Assembly: GCA_963700285.1 (NCBI GenBank)
Contig: CAVOXA010000001.1
Coordinates: forward strand, 896,001 to 960,000
Reading direction: 5' to 3'
Source of the DNA: an uncultured Chloroflexia bacterium
GTDB taxonomy: Bacteria > Chloroflexota > Anaerolineae > JAAYZQ01
Length of the DNA stretch: 64,000 nucleotides
The translations under genes and the position numbers were made by a program. This document shows positions 1 through 9,481 of the stretch, one piece after another. Below the pieces are notes generated by a model. The model saw only the letters and a program-made list of their open reading frames with translations. It did no database searches and was not told where the DNA came from. Position 1 is the stretch's first letter; each line of letters starts with the position of its first letter.

Positions 1-105
1 CTAGGTGCCAACCGCGGTGAGGCGCTGGCTCGGGCCGAACAGGCTGCTGCGTGCATCCGCATACAGGTCCGGCTTCCTGTCAAAAGGGACCGTGATGATG
101 TTTGA
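1..105 (+). CDS. 3' end of an upstream gene, probably an ATP-grasp domain protein (C-terminal tail)
   Basis: Frame 1 is open from base 1 to TGA at 103-105 (LGANRGEALARAEQAAACIRIQV...). This resembles the 'A.ARA..A...I.I' tail of ATP-grasp/L-amino-acid-ligase proteins. Truncated by the window edge. Confidence 0.4.
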   Translation, partial: LGANRGEALARAEQAAACIRIQVRLPVKRDRDDV

Positions 106-563
106 GGACTTGCCACGATTTAGTTGCGATGCGCGATTCCCATTGGCGCGGAAACGCTTCCCTGTTGGAGGAAACTGAGCAGGATGCTAAACTCCGCTGC
201 CAGTTCTTTCCATGGATCGACCCTGGTACAGGGGCGCAGGATGACTTGATGTTTCTCGAAGCCCATTGCCCACGCATCTCTGGCATCAAATGGCACCCGT
301 TGCTTAGCTCAGTTCGTGTTGTCGATCCTGGCAATGCCCCGTTCCTCGACTGGGCCAGCCGTGAGCGGCTCCCTATTCTGGTTCACTGCGGACAGTGGCA
401 GGAGACGGTCAGCTACAGGTTCGTTCTGGAGTTGGCGGTGCGCTATCAGCGGACTAACCTTGTGATGGCCTACGGTGGAAGGCACAATGCTGCGCTGCGG
501 CTTCCGCCTGCCGACAAAGACCTGATTCTGGGTCAGAACCTGCTCCATCTGTTGGAGGGCTAG
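102..563 (+). pseudogene. Degenerate amidohydrolase_2 family protein (internally deleted)
   Basis: GIKWHP, ILVHCG, 'LELAVRY..TNLVMAYGG' and the C-terminal 'DKDLILGQNLLHLL' are amidohydrolase_2 hallmarks. The N-terminal HxH and the 'FGSD' segment are absent, and the ORF is only 153 aa. Confidence 0.55.
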
Positions 564-564
564 A

Positions 565-1524
565 GTGCGGATCCTGCACACTCCGGTCAATATCGCCGGG
601 CAGCCCTACGGCCTGGTGAAGGCTTTGCGTCGACAAGGTTTGGACGCGGAGCTGTTGGTATTCAAAGAGCGGCCTTTTGTGCAAGGTTTTGATCGCAGTC
701 TGCATCTGGAACAGCATCGAACCGGTGTCGCGAAATGGTTGGTGGCGCTCCGTGCTTTTATCCAGGCTGCGCAGGATTATGATCTATTCCACTACCATAC
801 CAGCGTGACGCTGCTCTATCCTATGCATTGGGATCTACCCATTCTCAGGGCACTGGGGAAGAAGATTGTCATCCAGTTCTGGGGCAGCGACGTGAGGGGC
901 AAACGTCCCGAGGAGTTGACCTACTTGCGCTATGCAGATGCGGTCATCGTGGGCAGTTATCACATGTTGGACTATGTGCCCACGGGGGCACACGTCGTGT
1001 TACCTGGCCTTGACCTTGCCCAATGGCCCAGGCCTCAAGGGAGGCAGAGCCAAGCCGGGCCAGTGCGCATTGTTCATGCCCCATCCAGTCGAAAGACCAA
1101 GGGTACCGCCCAGGTGCTTGTGGCTTTGGAGGTACTGCGGGATCGAGGGCTGCCTTTTGAGCTGGAGTTGATCGAAGGCGTTCCTCACGCGCAGGCTGTC
1201 AGGATCTATTCGACCTGTGACATCGCCATTGACCAACTGGTCACTGGCTGGTACGGGATTTTTGCACTGGAAACAATGGCTATGGGAAAGACGGTACTGG
1301 GCTACATTAGTGCGCAAAACGCTGATCGGCTAGAGGGGGCACGGGGAGTGCGTCCTCCTCTGGTGAGTGTTTCTCCAGATACGCTAGCCAGCGAGCTGGA
1401 GTCGCTCATCCTCGATCCAGAGCGACGTTCTGCCTTAGGGGTTCTGAGCCGCAGGTACGTCGAGCACATGCACGACATCGATCGCTCGGCCGAACTGATG
1501 ATCCAGATTTATCAACAGGTGTAA
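565..1524 (+). CDS. Glycosyltransferase family 4 (GT-B)
   Basis: MRILH start, HAPSSRKTKG, and 'DIAIDQL..GWYGIFALETMAMGK' EX7E-like region. Confidence 0.85.
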   Translation: MRILHTPVNIAGQPYGLVKALRRQGLDAELLVFKERPFVQGFDRSLHLEQHRTGVAKWLVALRAFIQAAQDYDLFHYHTSVTLLYPMHWDLPILRALGKKIVIQFWGSDVRGKRPEELTYLRYADAVIVGSYHMLDYVPTGAHVVLPGLDLAQWPRPQGRQSQAGPVRIVHAPSSRKTKGTAQVLVALEVLRDRGLPFELELIEGVPHAQAVRIYSTCDIAIDQLVTGWYGIFALETMAMGKTVLGYISAQNADRLEGARGVRPPLVSVSPDTLASELESLILDPERRSALGVLSRRYVEHMHDIDRSAELMIQIYQQV

Positions 1525-1531
1525 CGTTCAT

Positions 1532-3028
1532 TTGGACGACGACGGCCTTTCCACTCGTATTGTCGCCAGGCGGACCATTTCAAGTTCGGCCTTCCAGATC
1601 GGAGCCCAGGCGATCACTGTTGTCACCGGCTTGACCAGGTCGGTGATCTTGGCCCGTCTCCTGATGCCCCAGGACTTTGGCTTGGTTGCACTCGCCATCA
1701 TCTTTTCCAACTTGGTCTGGAACACGACAGCTCTGGGCATTGACTCGCGCCTTCTGCAGAAAAGGGGGACGGATCAACTGGGGCTGAGCACGCACCTAAC
1801 CCTCCGCATAGCCCTCTCGATCCTTGCTTTTCTGATCCTGCTGGCCATCACTCCTCTCCTTCGATTGGTCTATCCTGACCAGCCTGACCTACCCAGTGCC
1901 GTGATGGCCTATGCAGCCCTGAATGTCCTAAGTGCCTTCAACCTCACCCCCTTTGTGCTGCTCAAACGAAGACTTGCCTTTCGAAGGGTGGCCCTCATCG
2001 GCGTTGTGAGCAGTCTGGCCATGCTGGTCGTAGCGCCTCTGCTGGCCCGGGCTGGTTGGGGTTTCTGGAGCCTTGTTGTCGGCGAAAGCGTCACCGGCAC
2101 GCTAGTCTCTACAGTGGGGCTGTGGCTATTCCGACGACCCATGAGGTTTTCGCTCAGGCTGGACAGGGCCATGGCCAGGGATCTGATCAGCTTTGGCAAG
2201 TTTGTGATGGTGACTCACCAGCTTAGATTTGCTCTGGACCGTTTTGACGACTTCTGGGCGGGTACAGCACTCGGCCAGGTTTCCCTGGGCTACTATTCCA
2301 AGGCCTACGAGTTTGCCACCTACCCGCGGCGGATCATATCCAGACCCCTGCAAGATGTGTTTTTTGCGGCCTATGCCCGTTTGCAGGATGACCGGTTGAA
2401 TCTCTCCAAGATCTTTTTCCGGACGAACAGCTATGTTGTCCGCATGGGCTTCTTGCTTTCTCCTGTGTTGGTTCTCGTAGCCCCGGAGTTTGTCTTCTAC
2501 CTATTAGGCGAGAAGTGGCTGCCCATGGTCTTTACCTTTCAACTGATGATCGTTTACAGCCTCTTTGATCCGTTGCTGGTGACTGCCGGCAACCTTCTCA
2601 CTGCCTGTGAGGCTCCGCAAAAGATGACTCGCGTGCGGGTTGCCCAACTTGTGTTCTTTGTCCCGGCTGTAGTCGTAGGGGCTGCCCTGTGGCAGATCGA
2701 TGGCATAGCGCTCGCGGCAGATGGCATGTTGCTGGTGGGTCTATTGGGCGTCTTTCGGATGACCCGTGCCTTCGTAGACATCTCATTGCGCAGGTTGTTT
2801 CTGGCGCCAGCTCTGGGCCTGGCGGCAGGAGGCAGTGTCTTTCTCCTCGTCTCGCACTTTTTTCAGGCCCGAGGAGATCTCCTTTGGGCCGTTGTGAAGG
2901 GGCTGGCCTATGTCATTCCCTACCTGGTCGTACTACTACTGCTGGAGTGGCGGGACTACCGGACGACGCTTCAGTCTATCGACAGTCTATTCGGGCTCTC
3001 GCGCTTTGTGCGCCGGTCAGCGAAGTGA
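1532..3028 (+). CDS. wzx: Wzx-type oligosaccharide flippase (PST family)
   Basis: ILARLLMPQDFGLVA and LGYYSKAY motifs; about 12-14 hydrophobic segments; 498 aa. Confidence 0.9.
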   Translation: MDDDGLSTRIVARRTISSSAFQIGAQAITVVTGLTRSVILARLLMPQDFGLVALAIIFSNLVWNTTALGIDSRLLQKRGTDQLGLSTHLTLRIALSILAFLILLAITPLLRLVYPDQPDLPSAVMAYAALNVLSAFNLTPFVLLKRRLAFRRVALIGVVSSLAMLVVAPLLARAGWGFWSLVVGESVTGTLVSTVGLWLFRRPMRFSLRLDRAMARDLISFGKFVMVTHQLRFALDRFDDFWAGTALGQVSLGYYSKAYEFATYPRRIISRPLQDVFFAAYARLQDDRLNLSKIFFRTNSYVVRMGFLLSPVLVLVAPEFVFYLLGEKWLPMVFTFQLMIVYSLFDPLLVTAGNLLTACEAPQKMTRVRVAQLVFFVPAVVVGAALWQIDGIALAADGMLLVGLLGVFRMTRAFVDISLRRLFLAPALGLAAGGSVFLLVSHFFQARGDLLWAVVKGLAYVIPYLVVLLLLEWRDYRTTLQSIDSLFGLSRFVRRSAK

Positions 3029-3104
3029 TGGGACCGTTTCCAGGCAGGTCGGCACCCGGTTCACTCGATGGCAGAGCAGCCCGGACTAGCTGTTCCTGAG
3101 GTAG

Positions 3105-4316
3105 ATGGTTATGCGATTGGATTCCGAGATGCTGAGAGCTATTGACGGCCCGGCAGCCGTGGTCATTGGCGTTTCCTGGGCCAACGGCCTGGGACTGATC
3201 CGTAGCCTGGCTCAAGCCGGCGTGCCTGTTCTGGCGCTCGATCCCAACCCCAAGGCGATTGGACTTTGCTCGCGCTATCCCGCCGCGGCCTTGGTTTGCC
3301 CCGATGCAGGTGAGCAGGAGTCCGAATTCCTGGGCTTTATGGATCAGTTGGGAGAGTGCCTGAGGCAGCCCGGGGTGCTCTTTCTCACCCGTGACCAGGA
3401 CGTGTCGACAGCTAGCCGCAACCAGGCGCGCCTGGAACGCCAGTTCCTTTTCCCCTTTGCCCGCTGGGAAGTGCTGAGCCGTATTGTAGACAAACAGGGT
3501 CAGTATGCTGTGGCCACTGAGGTAGGCGTGCCCTTGCCTGTCACCCGCTTTCCAAGGAGTGAGGAGGATGCGGTTGATTGTGCGAGGAGCGTTCCGTACC
3601 CGGCGATCTTGAAACCGGCCTACCACGTAAAATTTTCGGAGCGATTTGGTGCCAAGGGCTTTGTCGCCAACGATGCCAGCGAGGTACTGGCCCACTACCG
3701 GCGTGGCGCGGCACACGGATACCAAATGATGATCCAAGAGATCGTCCCTGGCGAGGAGCACCGGTTGTATACCTATGGCTCCTACCTCAACCGGGAGCAC
3801 GTGCCCCTGGCCGAATTCACGGGGCGCAAGCTGCGGCAGTACCCCCGTATGTTCGGGACCTGTCGCCTGGGCGAAAGTTGTGCAGCCCCGGAGGTGGCAG
3901 AGCTGGGCCGGGGCTTGCTGCGCGCCCTCGGCTTCTGGGGTGTCTCTCACGTTGAGTTCAAGCATGATCCTCGTGATGGTCTGTTCAAGCTGATGGAGGT
4001 GAACGCCCGCAACTACCAGTGGCAGCACTTGGCCACGCTGTGTGGCGCCAATTTGGCCCATGTTGCTTACCAGGATGTCTTGGGCCAGACGCAGAGACCG
4101 GTCCAGGCTACGGTCTATGGCAAGCGCTGGGTGCTGGCCACGACAGATCTGATGGTAACCCCCCGTGAAATGCTGCGCGGTCAGATCTCGCTGAGGGATT
4201 GGCTCAGCGGTTGGCGGGGGGTCTCTGTGGATGGCATCCTCTCCTGGCACGATCCGCGTCCAGGTTGGCGCTATCTACTCGGCCAAATACGCCGTCGAGT
4301 GGGGCGTCCGTCGTGA
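3105..4316 (+). CDS. ATP-grasp carboxylate-amine ligase (D-aspartate-ligase-like)
   Basis: NGLGLIRSL, YPAILKP, MIQEIVPG, EFKHDPRDG.FKLMEVNAR. Confidence 0.85.
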   Translation: MVMRLDSEMLRAIDGPAAVVIGVSWANGLGLIRSLAQAGVPVLALDPNPKAIGLCSRYPAAALVCPDAGEQESEFLGFMDQLGECLRQPGVLFLTRDQDVSTASRNQARLERQFLFPFARWEVLSRIVDKQGQYAVATEVGVPLPVTRFPRSEEDAVDCARSVPYPAILKPAYHVKFSERFGAKGFVANDASEVLAHYRRGAAHGYQMMIQEIVPGEEHRLYTYGSYLNREHVPLAEFTGRKLRQYPRMFGTCRLGESCAAPEVAELGRGLLRALGFWGVSHVEFKHDPRDGLFKLMEVNARNYQWQHLATLCGANLAHVAYQDVLGQTQRPVQATVYGKRWVLATTDLMVTPREMLRGQISLRDWLSGWRGVSVDGILSWHDPRPGWRYLLGQIRRRVGRPS

Positions 4317-5989
4317 AGATCTGTGTTGCTATCCACGAGAACCGGGCGCGGGCCGAGTCAGCCTACGCTCTGGCGACGCTCCTGGATCGAGCGGGGCTGC
4401 CCTACCGGTTCGCGAATCATGGGGCCGAAGTGCAGTCCTCGTCATGCCTGTGGCTCCACTATGGCTCGACCGGGTCTGATGCGGCCAACGGCATCATCAT
4501 TCCCGCGGATCATCCGGTCCTGTGGCAAAAGACCGAGCCCAGATATGTGGCGCTGGACGGAGTTCCGATCCTGTATGCGGGCGAGGAGCCATCATCTCTG
4601 TTCCGCCGCCATCACAACCAGGTTCATCTGGCGTTTGACCTGGTTCGCGGGGCTTTCTGGCTGCTGTCGCGACAAGAGGAATTGGGTGAAGGCAATCGAG
4701 ATACGTTCGGGCGATTTGATTGCTCCGGAAGTTGGCTGGTGCGCCATGGACTGGCTGAGGTGCCGGTAGTGGACCTCTATGCGCGGCTGCTGGCCCGGGT
4801 GTTGGTAGAGGCTGCGGACAGTGCAGACCTGCCGCTGCTGCGCAAGCTGCCCTGGCCGCACGGGCAGCGCACCGCTGTTGTCCTCTCACACGATGTGGAT
4901 GATGCAGGACGATTCAGCCCGCGCCAGGGACTGGGCATGCTGCGCAAGGCCATTTCTCAGCGGTCACCGAGGGGCATGGCACGGGGTAGCTACTATACCC
5001 TGGCCGGCCTGGGGCATGCCCTCAGCCGGAAGCCTGATCCTTACTGGAACTTTGAGATGGTGATGGAGCTGGAGGCTGAAGCTGGCTTCCGCTCCACCTT
5101 CTTCTTTGTCCCCGAGATCAGCAGTGCGCGCCGTGACCCGCCCTATGAAGTAGACACACCCCGCTTGCGGGATCTGCTGAGCCGCCTGCGCGAGGGTGGG
5201 TGGGAAGTGGGCGTCCACGGCAGTTTTGACAGCTATCTGGATCCCGAGGCATTGAGAGCCCAGCGTGAAAAGCTGGAGCGGGTCTTGGGGGGTCCTGTAC
5301 GCGGCGTGCGACAGCACTATCTCCGGCTTCAGGTGCCCGATACCTATCGCGCCCAGGCCGATGCAGGGTTCGCATACGACGGCACGGCAGGCTATCGCGG
5401 TACGGTGGGCTTCCGAGCGGGGGCCGCGTTCCCTTTCCACCCCTTTGACTCGGTAACTGGCAGGCAGCTGCCTTTGCTTGAATTGCCGCTCACGGTGATG
5501 GACGGCCCCCTTTTCTGGCAGCTCAATCTCGCACCGGCTGAGGCGTCAGCTCGGTTGCTGGCACTCCTGGAGACGGTGCGATCGGTGGAGGGGCTGGCGG
5601 TGCTCCTCTGGCACCAGCGGGTGTGGCACGAAAAACGCTATCCCGGCTGGTGCCAAGTATACGGCCGGGCCGTGGACTATCTGCGCGAGGATGGCCTTGC
5701 CTGGGTGGCTACCGCGGGCCAGGTTGCTGATTGGTGGCTTGCGCGGGAAGCCGTACAGCTGGAAATGACCAGCGCCAGCGGCCGGGTGCGCCGGTGGTCT
5801 TACCGTGCGGGTGAAGCCGTGGTGGGATTGGTCTTCACTATTTACCATACGGGCGCTGGAAGGGTTACCGTCGCCGGAGCAGAAGCCGTTGTTCAGATGG
5901 TCGAGGATGAGGTCCGGCTTGAATTCCAGGCTCTGGCCGCCGGCCAGTCCTTCGAGATCGAATGGACCGCGGAGGTAGAGGCATCTTGA
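4313..5989 (+). CDS. Polysaccharide deacetylase family protein (DUF7033-type N-terminus)
   Basis: GTGA overlap with the upstream stop; FWLLSRQEE..RDTFGRF, LSHDVD, EVGVHGS, RQHYLR, LLWH. Confidence 0.85.
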   Translation: MKICVAIHENRARAESAYALATLLDRAGLPYRFANHGAEVQSSSCLWLHYGSTGSDAANGIIIPADHPVLWQKTEPRYVALDGVPILYAGEEPSSLFRRHHNQVHLAFDLVRGAFWLLSRQEELGEGNRDTFGRFDCSGSWLVRHGLAEVPVVDLYARLLARVLVEAADSADLPLLRKLPWPHGQRTAVVLSHDVDDAGRFSPRQGLGMLRKAISQRSPRGMARGSYYTLAGLGHALSRKPDPYWNFEMVMELEAEAGFRSTFFFVPEISSARRDPPYEVDTPRLRDLLSRLREGGWEVGVHGSFDSYLDPEALRAQREKLERVLGGPVRGVRQHYLRLQVPDTYRAQADAGFAYDGTAGYRGTVGFRAGAAFPFHPFDSVTGRQLPLLELPLTVMDGPLFWQLNLAPAEASARLLALLETVRSVEGLAVLLWHQRVWHEKRYPGWCQVYGRAVDYLREDGLAWVATAGQVADWWLAREAVQLEMTSASGRVRRWSYRAGEAVVGLVFTIYHTGAGRVTVAGAEAVVQMVEDEVRLEFQALAAGQSFEIEWTAEVEAS

Positions 5990-7128
5990 GCCGGCGCGTT
6001 GTTATGCTCGTCTCTAACGCTTGTGCTCCTGACCGCAGGGTGCTTCGTGAGGCTCGGGCCCTGGCAGAGCGCGGCCATCAGGTGCGGGTCATTGCCTGGG
6101 ACCGCCAGGGCCGCTACCCCACCCGGGAGACGTTCGACAGGGTAGAGATTGAGCGGATCGCAGTGAGATCGGCATACGGGACCGGGCTGCGCAGGCTGGC
6201 CCAGTGGCCTGCCTATGCCCGTCGCGCATTGGCCCGTCTGCACCAGGAAGACTGGCACGCCGTTCATTGCCACGACCTGGATACCTTGCCCATTGGCTAT
6301 GCCTATTGTCGTCGCCGCAGTATACCGCTCGTCTTTGATGCACACGAGAGCTACCCCGATCTGATCGCCCCTCAAGTGCCGGGCTGGGCCGTCGCGGTTG
6401 TCCGGTGGATGGAACGCTTTCTGGTTCGGCGTGTGGATGCATTGGTCACGGTTGGTGACTTGTTGGCGGACCATTACCGCCGCTGGGCCGCATGGGTGGT
6501 CGTGGTGCGAAACTGCCAGCCGTTTGCACCGGCACCATCGGAACCAGTCCCCCAGCGTTCTGAATGGGGCCTTCAGGATGCGGAATTGGTTGTGTGCTAT
6601 GTAGGGGGTTTCACCAGGGGACGTGTGATCCTGCCCCTGATCGAAGCGGTGGTGGCCGATCCTTCCGTGGGCCTGGTACTCGTGGGTGAGGGCCCGCAGG
6701 CACAGGCCCTGATGAACGCCATTGGAGATTCGAGCAGGGTCGCCTACTTGGGTCCACGGGTGCCAGCGGATCAGGTGGTGAATATCATGAAGGCCGCCGA
6801 TGTGGTATACTATGGCCTGCGATCCGATTTTCCCAACAACTGCTTCAGTTCACCCAACGCCCTCTACAGCGCTCTGGCTGCCGGGCGCCCGCTGCTGACG
6901 ACCGATGTGGGGGAAATCAGCCATATCGTGAGGGCAGAGGGCTGCGGTCTCATCCTGCCGGAGCCGACTGTGGAGGCCCTGGGCTCGGCCCTGGCAGAAC
7001 TGCGGGAACCTGAAGCGAGGGCAGCCATGGCACAAAGCGCGCTACGTGCCGGCGAAACCAAGTACAACTGGGCTGCCGCCGAGGCTGCCCTGCTAGAGCT
7101 TTACCGTGGCCTGTGGGGGAATGTATGA
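5986..7128 (+). CDS. Glycosyltransferase family 4
   Basis: TTGA overlap; DRRVLREARAL, HCHDLDTL, VFDAHE, SPNALYSALAAG. Confidence 0.85.
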   Translation: MSRRVVMLVSNACAPDRRVLREARALAERGHQVRVIAWDRQGRYPTRETFDRVEIERIAVRSAYGTGLRRLAQWPAYARRALARLHQEDWHAVHCHDLDTLPIGYAYCRRRSIPLVFDAHESYPDLIAPQVPGWAVAVVRWMERFLVRRVDALVTVGDLLADHYRRWAAWVVVVRNCQPFAPAPSEPVPQRSEWGLQDAELVVCYVGGFTRGRVILPLIEAVVADPSVGLVLVGEGPQAQALMNAIGDSSRVAYLGPRVPADQVVNIMKAADVVYYGLRSDFPNNCFSSPNALYSALAAGRPLLTTDVGEISHIVRAEGCGLILPEPTVEALGSALAELREPEARAAMAQSALRAGETKYNWAAAEAALLELYRGLWGNV

Positions 7129-8198
7129 AAACCGTGACCATTGTCGGGGCCCGTCCCCAGTTTATCAAGGCGGCACCTGTCACCAGGTTGTTGCGACGGG
7201 TGGTCAAGGAAGTATTGGTCCATACTGGACAGCATTACGACCAGCAGATGTCGGCCGTCTTTTTTGACGAGCTACAGATTCCGGAGCCTGACTACAATCT
7301 GGGCGTGGGTTCTGGTTCCCACGGTTGGCAGACCGGACAGATGCTGATCCGCATCGAGGAAGTGTTGCTGGCGGAACAGCCCGACTGGGTTCTCGTCTAT
7401 GGTGATACGAACTCGACGGTCGCCGGTGCGTTGGCAGCAGTCAAGCTTCACATCCCGGTGGCCCACGTCGAAGCCGGCCTGCGAAGCTACAACCGCCGCA
7501 TGCCTGAGGAGCACAACCGGGTACTGACCGACCATGCTTCCGATCTGCTCTTCTGCCCGACGGTGACGGCTGTGAACAATCTTGCGCGCGAGGGGATCGG
7601 GCAGGGCGTGCGCCTGGTTGGCGACGTGATGTACGATGCCCTACTCTTTAATGCTGAGCTGGCTGAAAGGCACACCACCGTGCTGGATCGCCTGGAACTG
7701 GAGCCTGGAGGATATGCCCTGGCCACCCTTCATCGTCCGCACAACACGGACGATCTGGAGCGTCTGCAAAGCATTGTCGCCGCATTCTCCGAGATCTGGT
7801 TGCCCGTGGTCTTTCCAGTCCATCCTCGTACCCGCCAGCGGCTGGTTGATGCCGGTCTGGAGTCTCGCCTGGCCCAAAGCCATCACCCCAGGCTCATTGA
7901 TCCTGTTGGCTACCTGGATATGCTGGCACTGGAAAAGAATGCCAGCTTGATCCTCACGGATTCAGGGGGCGTACAGAAAGAGGCATACTTTTTTGCTGTG
8001 CCCTGCTTGACCCTGCGCGAAGAGACCGAGTGGGTGGAGACTGTGGATGCCGGCTGGAACCTATTGGTCGGCGCAGATAGGAATGCTATCATCGGGGCGG
8101 CCCGCTGGTTCAAGCCTGAGGGCATTCCACCGCTCAGTTTTGGCGATGGCCATGCCGCTGGACAGATCGTTGAGGCTCTGGTGGGGAACAAGGCTTGA
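7125..8198 (+). CDS. wecB: UDP-N-acetylglucosamine 2-epimerase (non-hydrolysing)
   Basis: GARPQFIK, HTGQHYD, GDTNST, HVEAGLRS, PEEHNR, TDSGGVQKEA. Confidence 0.95.
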   Translation: MKTVTIVGARPQFIKAAPVTRLLRRVVKEVLVHTGQHYDQQMSAVFFDELQIPEPDYNLGVGSGSHGWQTGQMLIRIEEVLLAEQPDWVLVYGDTNSTVAGALAAVKLHIPVAHVEAGLRSYNRRMPEEHNRVLTDHASDLLFCPTVTAVNNLAREGIGQGVRLVGDVMYDALLFNAELAERHTTVLDRLELEPGGYALATLHRPHNTDDLERLQSIVAAFSEIWLPVVFPVHPRTRQRLVDAGLESRLAQSHHPRLIDPVGYLDMLALEKNASLILTDSGGVQKEAYFFAVPCLTLREETEWVETVDAGWNLLVGADRNAIIGAARWFKPEGIPPLSFGDGHAAGQIVEALVGNKA

Positions 8199-8236
8199 GG
8201 GTGGAGCCCCTCCAGTTTTCGATGAGGTGCTAAAGC

Positions 8237-9466
8237 GTGCGCATTCTTTATTTGAGCCAGTACTTCCCACCCGAGGTGGGCGCCACTCAGACGCGTGCCT
8301 ACGAAATGGCGCGCTACCTGGTGTCGGTTGGGCACCAGGTGACGATGCTGACCGAGGTACCGAACCACCCTTCCGGCATTATCCCGCCCGAGTACAGGGG
8401 CAAAGCCTATGAGCGGGCCTCTTTGGATGGAATCGACGTCATCCGTGTATGGGTCAAGGCGTCGCCTGTGAAGACTCTTTCCACGCGGATGATGTTCTAC
8501 ATAACATACATGATCAATGCTGCGCTGGCGGGTTTGCTTCTGGCACGGGGGCGCTATGATGTTGTCTATGCCACGTCGCCGCCACTTTTTGTCGGGGGGG
8601 CAGCCCTCGCGCTCAGCTATCTGCGGCGGATCCCCCTCTTTTTTGAGGTGCGCGATCTGTGGCCCGAGTCGGCGGTGGTCCTGGGGGAAATATCAAGTTC
8701 CCGAGCAGCGGCACTGGCTGGCAAACTGGAAGAAATGTGCTATAATAGGGCGCGTTGCGTCGTGGTTGTCACTGAGGGCATCCGCCGCCGGCTGGAGGAG
8801 CGAGGGTTCGGCGCTAAGCTGGCGCTCATTCCTAATGGGGCCAACACAGAGCTGTTCCGTCCGGATCCAGAGGCGGGCGCGGCGCTGCGGTCGGAACTAG
8901 AGCTGGGTAGCAGGTTTTTGGTCATTTATGCGGGTATACACGGCGTGGCCCAGGGGTTGGAAACTGTTCTCGAGGCCGCACGAGTGCTGCAGGACGAGCC
9001 CGATATTCATTTCCTTTTTGTTGGAGAGGGCCCTCAAAAAGGCGATCTGCTGAACCAGCGGGACGCTCTGGGATTGGCCAATGTTACGATGTTGGCTGAG
9101 CAACCTCGGGACTCTATGCCGGCCTATATGTCTGCGGCTGAGGTGGCCCTGGTGCCTTTGCGGAGACTGGAACTCTTCCGGGGAGCGCTGCCGTCCAAGA
9201 TGTTTGATGCTTGGGCCTGTAGCTGCCCGGTTCTCTTGAGCATCGATGGCGAGGCGCGCCAAGTTCTGGAGCGGGCTGATGGCGGAGTCTTTGTCGAACC
9301 GGAAGATCCCGAACAGATGGCCCGGGCCCTGATGCAGCTCAAAGGCGACCCCGGACAGCTGCGTCAGTTTGGGAAGAACGGGCGGTGTTTCGTCGAGGAA
9401 CACTACTCTCGCGAGCGGTTGGCGACCCAATTGGAAGCATTGCTGCGGGCGGCAGTCCAAGGTTGA
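8237..9466 (+). CDS. Glycosyltransferase family 4, WbuB-like
   Basis: SQYFPPEVGA, ATSPPLF, EVRDLWPES, LPSKMF. Confidence 0.9.
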   Translation: MRILYLSQYFPPEVGATQTRAYEMARYLVSVGHQVTMLTEVPNHPSGIIPPEYRGKAYERASLDGIDVIRVWVKASPVKTLSTRMMFYITYMINAALAGLLLARGRYDVVYATSPPLFVGGAALALSYLRRIPLFFEVRDLWPESAVVLGEISSSRAAALAGKLEEMCYNRARCVVVVTEGIRRRLEERGFGAKLALIPNGANTELFRPDPEAGAALRSELELGSRFLVIYAGIHGVAQGLETVLEAARVLQDEPDIHFLFVGEGPQKGDLLNQRDALGLANVTMLAEQPRDSMPAYMSAAEVALVPLRRLELFRGALPSKMFDAWACSCPVLLSIDGEARQVLERADGGVFVEPEDPEQMARALMQLKGDPGQLRQFGKNGRCFVEEHYSRERLATQLEALLRAAVQG

Positions 9467-9481
9467 TGGAGGCTGGGAGGT

